In this document: positions 37,606-44,771 of the stretch, one piece after another
Numbering within the stretch: position 1 is the stretch's first letter
How the letters are laid out: each line of letters begins with the position of its first letter
Source of the DNA: Candidatus Zambryskiibacteriota bacterium
Lineage (GTDB): Bacteria > Patescibacteriota > Minisyncoccia > Phycocordibacterales > DATDWN01
Direction of reading: 5' to 3'
Assembly (NCBI GenBank): GCA_003173855.1
Contig: PPGI01000014.1
Location: forward strand, 1-44,771
DNA length: 44,771 nt
Notes under the pieces: model-generated
What the model was told of the DNA's origin: nothing
The model's input: the letters and a program-made list of their open reading frames with translations, nothing else
Database searches by the model: none
Position numbers and translations under genes: made by a program

Positions 37606-40221
37606 ATGAAAGAGAAATCACAAGAAAAAATAATTGTAAAGGGTGCCCGTACCCATAATCTTAAAAATATAACAGTCGAAATGCCACGAAATAAGATGGT
37701 GGTTTTTACTGGTTTATCTGGATCGGGAAAATCCTCTCTGGCATTTGACACGATTTTTGCCGAAGGTCAGCGCAGATATGTCGAATCACTTTCTTCATAT
37801 GCTCGCCAGTTTTTACGACAAATGCAAAAACCGGATGTTGATGAAATTACTGGACTTTCTCCTGCAATATCAATTGATCAAAAATCTCGATCAAACAATC
37901 CTCGTTCAACTGTAGCAACAATTACAGAAATGTATGATTATCTTCGAATTTTGTATTCTCGAGTCGGTTCACCGCATTGTTTGGTTTGCGGAATGAAATT
38001 AGAGAAACTATCAAATGAGGAAATTAAAAATTTTGTTATAGAGAAAATCTCAGATTACAAAAAGCTGAAAACTGACAAAAAAATTCCTCTTCCAGTTAAT
38101 GTAGAAATTTATGCTCCTGTAGTTAAGGGAAGAAAAGGCGAATACTACCAGTTGCTTTATGATCTTTTAGGCAAAGGCTACACGACGGTGATGGTTGATG
38201 GCGCAAGAAAATCACTTCGTGATCGTGTGGATTTATCAAAAAATCAAAGACACACTATTGATGTTCAAGTAGACAGCATTTCACTTCTCGACTTTAAGGA
38301 TGATCCAAAAAGTGCAGAGGAAAGATTGTCAGAAGACTTGGAAAAAGCTCTTCACGAATCAGAAGGCCAAGTAAAAATTCTTTTCAGAGATATGGCTGAA
38401 GAAAAAAGAAAGGACTATAAACCAGAGGAATTTTTCATGTCAGCAACTCTCTCTTGTCCACGTGATGGCTATTCCTATCCGGAAGTAGAACCAAGATTGT
38501 TTTCATTCAACTCACCATATGGGGCGTGTCCAGAATGTAATGGTTTAGGAACCAGGCATTTTTTTGGCAATGAACCATGTCCAAAATGTAAGGGGGCACG
38601 ACTTCGAGAAGAAGCTTTGCATGTTTTGCTTGGAAATAAAAATATAGTCGAATTAACAGCAATGTCTATAAAAGATGCTTTTAATTTTTTCGAACATTTG
38701 AAACTCACTGAGCGTGAAAAAAATATTTCGAAGGTCGTGATGAAAGAAATTGAATCTCGACTCCAGTTTATGTTAAATGTTGGGATTGAATATTTATCGC
38801 TTGATCGACGAGCACACACACTTTCTGGAGGTGAGGCTCAGCGTATTCGCCTAGCTAGTCAGCTTGGTTCCAGTCTTGTTGGTGCACTATATGTTTTGGA
38901 TGAACCGACAATTGGACTCCATTCGCGAGACAATGATCGCTTGATTAAAACCTTGCTTGATCTTCGAAATTTAGGAAACACTATTTTAGTTGTTGAGCAC
39001 GATGAAGACACAATTTTCTCATCTGATTATTTAGTTGATATCGGTCCAGGCGCTGGAGTTCACGGTGGACATGTTGTTGTCGCAGATTATCTGGACGATT
39101 TACTAACTGCAAAGAAAAATAATTCTGGGTCAGTGACTCTAGATTATCTTCGTGGAGATAAGGTAATTGAAGTTCCAGATGAACGTCGAGATCAACAAAG
39201 AGGTGAGATTCAAATTCGTGGCGGAAAAGTATTCAACATTAAAAATTTAAATGTTGATATACCGCTCGGCAGATTTATTGCTGTTACAGGAGTTTCTGGT
39301 TCAGGTAAATCTTCTTTTGTCTATGAAATTTTGCACAGAAATCTGCAAGCAAGATTTGATCGAAAATATCGTTCAGCAAATATTTACAACGCAAGTTCTT
39401 TTACTGGAACAGAATATCTTGGCCGAGCAATATTGATCGATCAATCACCAATTGGTCGAACTCCGCGTTCAAATCCGGCAACTTATACTGGTGCTTGGAC
39501 TTTTATTCGTGATTTGTTTTCTGAAACAGCCGAGGCACGTGCTCGTGGATGGAAAGCAAACAGGTTTTCATTTAACGTCAAAGGTGGTCGATGCGAGACG
39601 TGCCAAGGAAATGGAATGATTGAAGTTGAAATGCATTTTCTTCCGACAGTTTATGTTCCTTGTGATGTATGTAAAGGCAAACGATTTATGAAGGAAACTC
39701 TTGAAGTTCGTTACAAAAAGAAAAATATATACGAAGTGCTGAAAATGACTGTTGAGGAAGGACTTAAATTCTTTGAAGATATTCCAGCTGTTGCTGATCG
39801 TCTGAAAACTCTCGATGAAGTAGGTCTTGGGTATTTGGAACTTGGTCAATCAGCCACAACACTTTCTGGCGGTGAAGCTCAACGTGTCAAAATTTCGTCA
39901 GAACTTTATCGTCCACATTTGCAAAAAACAATTTATCTTCTTGATGAGCCAACCATCGGACTTCATTACGAGGATGTCAAAAAATTGATAGAAATTTTGC
40001 AAAAGTTGGTTGATAAAGGAAACACAGTTATGGTTATCGAGCACAATATGGATGTTATTAAATCAACCGATTATATTCTTGATATTGGGCCGGAGGGTGG
40101 TGAGGGAGGTGGCCAACTCATTGCCAAGGGTACTCCGGAAGAGGTGGCAAACAATGAGAAAAGTTATACTGGAAAGTACCTTAAAAAAGCATTAAAGCAG
40201 TATAGGGCTTATCGCAAATAA
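37606..40221 (+). CDS. uvrA: excinuclease ABC subunit A
   Basis: 'GARTHNLKN', two Walker A motifs ([16 protein letters not shown]), two LSGGEAQR, Zn fingers; ATG 37606. Confidence 0.97.
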   Translation: MKEKSQEKIIVKGARTHNLKNITVEMPRNKMVVFTGLSGSGKSSLAFDTIFAEGQRRYVESLSSYARQFLRQMQKPDVDEITGLSPAISIDQKSRSNNPRSTVATITEMYDYLRILYSRVGSPHCLVCGMKLEKLSNEEIKNFVIEKISDYKKLKTDKKIPLPVNVEIYAPVVKGRKGEYYQLLYDLLGKGYTTVMVDGARKSLRDRVDLSKNQRHTIDVQVDSISLLDFKDDPKSAEERLSEDLEKALHESEGQVKILFRDMAEEKRKDYKPEEFFMSATLSCPRDGYSYPEVEPRLFSFNSPYGACPECNGLGTRHFFGNEPCPKCKGARLREEALHVLLGNKNIVELTAMSIKDAFNFFEHLKLTEREKNISKVVMKEIESRLQFMLNVGIEYLSLDRRAHTLSGGEAQRIRLASQLGSSLVGALYVLDEPTIGLHSRDNDRLIKTLLDLRNLGNTILVVEHDEDTIFSSDYLVDIGPGAGVHGGHVVVADYLDDLLTAKKNNSGSVTLDYLRGDKVIEVPDERRDQQRGEIQIRGGKVFNIKNLNVDIPLGRFIAVTGVSGSGKSSFVYEILHRNLQARFDRKYRSANIYNASSFTGTEYLGRAILIDQSPIGRTPRSNPATYTGAWTFIRDLFSETAEARARGWKANRFSFNVKGGRCETCQGNGMIEVEMHFLPTVYVPCDVCKGKRFMKETLEVRYKKKNIYEVLKMTVEEGLKFFEDIPAVADRLKTLDEVGLGYLELGQSATTLSGGEAQRVKISSELYRPHLQKTIYLLDEPTIGLHYEDVKKLIEILQKLVDKGNTVMVIEHNMDVIKSTDYILDIGPEGGEGGGQLIAKGTPEEVANNEKSYTGKYLKKALKQYRAYRK

Positions 40222-40259
40222 AGAAAGCGCCGGTTCCCCGGCGCTCCATTCAATGATAT

Positions 40260-40376
40260 TCAAAGATTGGGATCGTACTCTTTCGGCAGGGTGCCCTTTC
40301 GGACCTTTGCTCTTATTCCATTGCCGACACAGATCATGATGACCAGAGCTACGATTGCAATCAAAACTTCTCGCAT
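40260..40376 (-). CDS. 38-aa single-TM peptide (not in ORF track)
   Basis: MREVLIAIVALVIMICVGNGIRAKVRKGTLPKEYDPNL; TTGACA near 40420, GGAGG SD, hairpin AGCGCCGG/CCGGCGCT at 40225-40245. Confidence 0.7.
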   Translation of the reverse strand: MREVLIAIVALVIMICVGNGIRAKVRKGTLPKEYDPNL

Positions 40377-40447
40377 GCAAACCTCCAATCCACAGAATAA
40401 CACTATAATAGATAATGTCAAGAAACGACAAAGGCGCCGGAAGGCGC

Positions 40448-40645
40448 CTAAGTTCCATTCTTTTCCTTGATTACTCGAATGATCTCGTCAGTACAAAGAG
40501 CGAGTGCATTGAATGCAAACATCGTAATGACACCCGCTGACAGGTTGATGGTGAACGGTCCCAACTGGAATGGTGTGGAGGATGCTGCTAACATTCCTCC
40601 AAGTACAGCTATAGCATCAAGAATCATTGAAGTCCTTCTACTCAT
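40448..40645 (-). CDS. 65-aa two-TM small protein
   Basis: GGAGG-ctcaa-ATG(40645); TTGACT overlapping the first uvrC codons; terminator AGGCGCC-GGAA-GGCGCCT at 40432-40449. Confidence 0.7.
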   Translation of the reverse strand: MSRRTSMILDAIAVLGGMLAASSTPFQLGPFTINLSAGVITMFAFNALALCTDEIIRVIKEKNGT

Positions 40646-40678
40646 TTGAGCCTCCGAAATACATAGTATCATAAATAT

Positions 40679-42049
40679 ATGAAAAGTCAATACATAAGAA
40701 AAAAAATAGCAGAATTACCTGATTCACCAGGAGTGTATCTTTTTAAACGTGGGTCGAAAATTCTCTACATTGGAAAGGCTACATCACTTTGCGATAGAGT
40801 AGCCAGTTATTTTCGTGATGATATTTTGAAAACGCGTGGGCCTGTAATTGTAAAAATGCTGCGCGATTTTGATAATATCGATTACATAAAAAATGACTCG
40901 GTTCTTGAAGCGCTTCTTCTTGAAGCAAATTTGATTAAAAAACATCAACCACAGGCAAATGCTAAAGAAAAAGATAATAAAAGTTTCAATTTTGTTGTCA
41001 TAACTCGTGAGGATTTTCCACGAATTTTAATTATTCGTGGTAGAGATCTTTTGAACATAAAAAATAACAAAAATAAACTTACTTCGATATATCGAAGTAA
41101 ATCAAATCTTGGAAATTTTAGAATTGGTCACACTTTCGGGCCATTTCCTCATGCTGGGCAGTTGCGTGTCGCTTTAAAAATTATTCGTAAAATGTTTCCA
41201 TATCGCGATGACAAATGTACTTCTTGTGAAGATCAAATACAAAAAATAAAAAATAGAAAACTAAATAAAAATAAAAATCCTATATCTTTCGATATATCGC
41301 AAGATAAGAAGGACCTTGAAGAAAATAAGAAATTATGTAAGCCATGTTTTAATAGACAGATTGGATTATGTCCTGGTGTTTGCACAGGGGAGATTGCACG
41401 CGAAGAATATGCCGAGACTATTCGAAATATTGTTTTATTTTTTGAAGGGAATAAAAGAAGACTCGTGAAAAACCTTGAGAAACAAATGAAAAGTTTCGCA
41501 AAAAATCACGAATTCGAAAATGCAAACATTACTAAACGTATATTATTCTCATTAAACCATATTCAAGATGTTGCACTTCTTAAAGAAGAAGCTATTTCTT
41601 CAAAAGAAGGTTTTCGAATCGAAAGCTATGATATTGCCCATCTTTCTGGAACAAATGTTGTTGGTGTGATGACTGTCGTAGAAAATGGTGAATCCAAAAA
41701 ATCTGATTATCGAAAATTTAAAATTAAGGAAGATCCGGGAATAAATGACACAAAAGCACTTGGAGAAGTTTTGTACCGCAGACTTGGACACAATGAATGG
41801 CCGGAGGCAGATTTGATTGTTGTTGATGGTGGACTTGCACAAAAACGTGTGATGGAGAGAATACTAGCAAATTGTAAAATGCATATTCCTGTTGTTTCAG
41901 TTGTAAAAGATGAGTACCATAGACCAAAGCAAATTTTAGGGGATCGAAAATGGTTAGTACATGAGAGAGAAATTTTACTAGCTAATTCAGAATCTCATCG
42001 TTTCGGAATCACGTATCATACTAAATTAAGAAACAAATTTTTGACATAG
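40679..42049 (+). CDS. uvrC: excinuclease ABC subunit C (no C-terminal HhH; two Lys/Asn-rich inserts)
   Basis: GIY-YIG 'PGVY...YIGKA..L..RV.SYF', Cys cluster, UVR motif, RNase H-like 'IE.YDIAH', 'DLIVVDGG', 'ESHRF'. Confidence 0.93.
   Translation: MKSQYIRKKIAELPDSPGVYLFKRGSKILYIGKATSLCDRVASYFRDDILKTRGPVIVKMLRDFDNIDYIKNDSVLEALLLEANLIKKHQPQANAKEKDNKSFNFVVITREDFPRILIIRGRDLLNIKNNKNKLTSIYRSKSNLGNFRIGHTFGPFPHAGQLRVALKIIRKMFPYRDDKCTSCEDQIQKIKNRKLNKNKNPISFDISQDKKDLEENKKLCKPCFNRQIGLCPGVCTGEIAREEYAETIRNIVLFFEGNKRRLVKNLEKQMKSFAKNHEFENANITKRILFSLNHIQDVALLKEEAISSKEGFRIESYDIAHLSGTNVVGVMTVVENGESKKSDYRKFKIKEDPGINDTKALGEVLYRRLGHNEWPEADLIVVDGGLAQKRVMERILANCKMHIPVVSVVKDEYHRPKQILGDRKWLVHEREILLANSESHRFGITYHTKLRNKFLT
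41079..41100. repeat. palindrome copy 3, inside uvrC
   Basis: TTACTTCGATATATCGAAGTAA. Confidence 0.85.
41283..41306. repeat. palindrome copy 4 (variant), inside uvrC
   Basis: TATCTTTCGATATATCGCAAGATA. Confidence 0.65.
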
Positions 42050-42114
42050 AGTCAACTTTATTTTTGGATAATTTTTTTCTTGACTTTTTATTTTTGTTTG
42101 TATACACTTTCACT

Positions 42115-42316
42115 TGTACTTAGGTGTGACAGGTTCAGAGCCCACAGGGCACAGGGACTGAGTTAGCATCGGGTCGTCTTCCCGGGGATTTCCCCGAAAT
42201 ACGAAACGAAGTTCAAGGCGCGAGCCATGAACGCAAACACAATCTTTCGCAATGCGAGCACTGGGCCGTCACCCCTAGGGACACACACAAAGGTCACTCT
42301 CACGAGCGGCCTTTTT
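42115..42316 (+). ncRNA. candidate structured ncRNA
   Basis: TTGACT(42080)-17-TACACT; 5' TAGGTGTGACAGGTTCAG pairs with CTGGGCCGTCACCCCTAG(42261-42278); hairpins CGGGG/CCCCG and GGC-GCGA-GCC; terminator 42289-42316. Confidence 0.65.
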
Positions 42317-42335
42317 CTTTATAAAATTTTAAATC

Positions 42336-42391
42336 AAATCTCTTTTTCACCATAACTTTTTCATCGCCGGAATATTTTTCTGTTGAAAAAT
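42336..42391 (+). repeat. dispersed repeat family B, left-half copy
   Basis: Near-identical to 18985-19040. Confidence 0.8.
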
Positions 42392-42412
42392 GTTTAGTGT
42401 ATAATTGATTCT

Positions 42413-43300
42413 ATGGAGACTTTGCCTCAATCTTTACGAATCGGAGTTTTGCGTGGTGGACCATCGCAAGAATACGAAAATTCACTTGCTACTGGTGCTC
42501 AAGTTTTAAATATTTTGTCAGAAACTCATCGACCAGTCGATATTTTTATTTCACGAGATGGAACATGGCATGTTGGTGGAGTTAGGAAATCACCTGACAA
42601 AATTTTAAAGCAAGTTGATGTGGTTTTTAACGCTCTGCACGGGCAATTTGGAGAAGACGGAGGAATTCAGCATATTTTAAATCATCATGGCATTCCTTAC
42701 ACAAGTTCGTATCATTCGGCTTTGGTTTTAAATAAAAGATTGGCAAAAGAAAAAGCTAAAGAGAATGGAATAAAAACTCCGGTTTGGATGGTGGTCAGGT
42801 TCACCGACTCTATTGAAAACCGTGCTCAAGAAATATGGAATTCAATTCCACATCCATTAGTTATAAAACCAACAAGTTTTGGTGAAGATTTTTTAGTAGC
42901 AGATTCGTTTGGAGATTTTTATAGTAATTTGGATAGTTTGCTTACAAATTATAGTAGTGCACTTGTTGAAGAATATATTCCAGGACAGGCTGTTTCGTGT
43001 TTTGTTGTGCCGCAATTTCGAGGACAAAGTTTGTATAACTTTCCGCCAGTTGGGAATTGGTCTAAGGACGAAAAAATAACAATAGAAAATTCTGCTCGAA
43101 AAATGCACAGTGTTTTAGGATTAAATCATTTTTCCGAATCACAGTTTGTTGTTTCTCCAAAACGTGGAGTTTATTTTCTCGAAATTAGAACAACCCCGAA
43201 ACTTCATGAAAAATCTGAAATCCGGTTAGCTTTGGAAGATGTAGGCTCATCACTTAAAGACCTCGTTCATCATTTGATTCATCTTGCTTGGAGAAAGTAG
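42413..43300 (+). CDS. D-Ala-D-Ala ligase-like ATP-grasp protein (degenerate)
   Basis: 'VLRGGPS.E...SL.TG', 'VFNALHG.FGEDG.IQ', 'LVEEYI.G'; C-terminal catalytic motifs altered. Confidence 0.82.
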   Translation: METLPQSLRIGVLRGGPSQEYENSLATGAQVLNILSETHRPVDIFISRDGTWHVGGVRKSPDKILKQVDVVFNALHGQFGEDGGIQHILNHHGIPYTSSYHSALVLNKRLAKEKAKENGIKTPVWMVVRFTDSIENRAQEIWNSIPHPLVIKPTSFGEDFLVADSFGDFYSNLDSLLTNYSSALVEEYIPGQAVSCFVVPQFRGQSLYNFPPVGNWSKDEKITIENSARKMHSVLGLNHFSESQFVVSPKRGVYFLEIRTTPKLHEKSEIRLALEDVGSSLKDLVHHLIHLAWRK

Positions 43301-43329
43301 TTGCAGGTGAACTAAGGTTCACTTATAAT
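43301..43329 (+). promoter_or_regulatory. dinB promoter containing a LexA-like operator GTGAAC-taag-GTTCAC
   Basis: TTGCAG(43301)-17-TATAAT(43324); palindrome 43307-43322 fills the spacer. Confidence 0.65.
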
Positions 43330-44562
43330 ATGCTCGTGAAAAGAGCAATTTTGCACATGGATGGAGATTCATTTTTCGTTGCCTGCGAAGTAGCTAAAAA
43401 TCCAAAGCTGCGCGGTTTGCCTGCTGTTACAGGAGAAGAGCGCGGTATTGCTTCGGCACTATCATATGAAGCCAAAGCCTTGGGACTTAAACGTGGTGAT
43501 CCTATTTTTAAAATTAAACGTGATTTTCCTCAAGTGATAATTTTACCTGGAGATTATAAATCTTATGCAAAATTTTCAACTGAAATGTTTGATATTGTCA
43601 GACGTTATGCAGATGATGTTGAAGAATATTCGATTGACGAATGTTTTGCAGATTTAACCGGTTTGGAGCGACCGCTTAAAATGACTTACAAAGAAATTGC
43701 CGAACGGATTAAAAAAGAAATTACGGAAGAGCTCGGACTTTCAGTTTCTTTAGGTGTAGCACCGACCAAGGGTTTGGCAAAGGTGGCTTCAAAATGGCAG
43801 AAGCCAAACGGCTTGACTGTTATCGAGATCGAAGATGCTCCAAAGTATCTCAATCGAACTCCAATAGGAAAAATTTGGGGAATTGGTTATCGAACGGAAA
43901 AGAAGTTAAGAAAGTTAGGTATCGAAACTGCTCTTGATTTTGTGAACTTAAAAATTGAATGGATTAGGGAAAATATGCCAGAGCCGTTTGAAGTAATCTG
44001 GAGAGAGCTTAGAGGTCAGCCTATTTTAAAAATTCACTCCGAACCCAAAGAAACTTATTCATCGATCCAAAAAACCAGAACATTTTGGCCTGCTACAAAT
44101 GATAAAAATTTCTTGATTTCCCAATTTTCCAAAAATATTGAACTTGCATGCTCTAAAGCTCGTTACTACGATCTTATTCCCAAATCAGTTTCTTGGTTTC
44201 TGAAAACCCAACAGTTTCGATATCACACATTTGGAATTACTCTTCCTGTTCCGACAAATAGTCCGGAAATTATTACTGAACATTTGCGCAAATTTTTCCA
44301 CAAAATGTGGCGTCCAGATGTTTTGTACCGCACAACTGGAGTAACGTTGTATGAACTTACGCCAAAAGAGGCCACCCAGCTTGATTTGTTTGGCGGAAGC
44401 GAAAAAACTCAAAAATTTGAAACTATTCACGAACAAATTGATAATCTCGAAAAAAAATTTGGTCGTGGCGTAGTCCATCTCGCTTCCGCTAGTAAGGCAA
44501 TTAAAAGAAAAGTAAAAGGCACCGATTCCGAAGATTTAGATCGTAACTTGTTGTTTTTGTAG
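43330..44562 (+). CDS. dinB: Y-family DNA polymerase (Pol IV/DinB-UmuC-like)
   Basis: 'ILHMDGDSFF', 'SYEAK..G', 'YSIDE', 'AKVAS...KP.G', 'IWGIG', QLDLF clamp motif; start may be GTG 43336. Confidence 0.92.
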   Translation: MLVKRAILHMDGDSFFVACEVAKNPKLRGLPAVTGEERGIASALSYEAKALGLKRGDPIFKIKRDFPQVIILPGDYKSYAKFSTEMFDIVRRYADDVEEYSIDECFADLTGLERPLKMTYKEIAERIKKEITEELGLSVSLGVAPTKGLAKVASKWQKPNGLTVIEIEDAPKYLNRTPIGKIWGIGYRTEKKLRKLGIETALDFVNLKIEWIRENMPEPFEVIWRELRGQPILKIHSEPKETYSSIQKTRTFWPATNDKNFLISQFSKNIELACSKARYYDLIPKSVSWFLKTQQFRYHTFGITLPVPTNSPEIITEHLRKFFHKMWRPDVLYRTTGVTLYELTPKEATQLDLFGGSEKTQKFETIHEQIDNLEKKFGRGVVHLASASKAIKRKVKGTDSEDLDRNLLFL

Positions 44563-44633
44563 TGGACCTAGGGAGAATCGGACTCCCGCTACATCCATGC
44601 CATGGATGTGTTATACCACTTAACTATAGGCCC
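44563..44633 (-). tRNA. tRNA-Ala(GGC)
   Basis: GGGCCTA/TAGGTCC acceptor stem with G3:U70, loop AT-GGC-AT; T-loop reads TCCGA; CCA not encoded. Confidence 0.92.
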
Positions 44634-44700
44634 AAAATCAATTGAATTAGAATATCATAATTTGTAAAATCACAAAAAATCTGTTACAGTTTTTTCACTT

Positions 44701-44771
44701 GGGCCCGTAGCTTAGTTGGTAGAGCGCCTCATTTGCAATGAGGAGGTCAGGAGTTCGAATCTCCTCGGGTC
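44701..44771 (+). tRNA. tRNA-Ala(TGC), 3' end cut by window edge
   Basis: GGGCCCG start, D-loop AGTTGGTAGA, loop TT-TGC-AA, GTTCGAATC. Confidence 0.95.

Noticed and set aside
40192-40470. ORFs 40192-40458(-) and 40267-40470(+)
   Set aside because: They overlap terminators and a promoter; the SD-led 38-aa frame at 40260-40376 explains the region better

Overview
AT-rich bacterial chromosome segment between tRNA-Gln(TTG) and two tRNA-Ala genes. Gene content and style suggest Patescibacteria/CPR, probably Parcubacteria (inference from leaderless-looking housekeeping genes, a SWIB protein, compact UvrA/UvrC and dispersed palindromic repeats). Recognisable modules: stress and surface proteins, pyrF-pyrE, an ECF sigma/anti-sigma pair, a flavinylation redox locus (FMN-binding protein, ApbE, RnfD-like/FNR fusion) next to msrA/msrB, a MacAB-type ABC exporter, dedA-xseA-xseB, HIT, LOG, a cmk-like kinase, FKBP, tgt, FIST/histidine kinase/double receiver, uvrB-uvrA-uvrC, a degenerate Ddl paralog and dinB. 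The most unusual layer lies between these genes: about 15 self-contained transcription units, each with a near-consensus sigma70 promoter and usually its own intrinsic terminator. Some carry orphan ORFs with strong Shine-Dalgarno sites, including four small membrane peptides, three of them absent from the ORF track. Five carry GC-rich structured non-coding RNAs whose 5' end pairs with their 3' region. Two of these RNAs (33702-33958, 34003-34317) look like tandem paralogs with conserved ends and unrelated interiors, followed by an orphan protein. Also seen: several MITE/REP-like hairpin families, a 20-bp palindrome found twice inside uvrC, a synonymously diverged duplicate of the uvrB 5' end, a phased DnaA-box array and a LexA-like box in the dinB promoter. 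All calls are by eye; no searches or folding programs were run.
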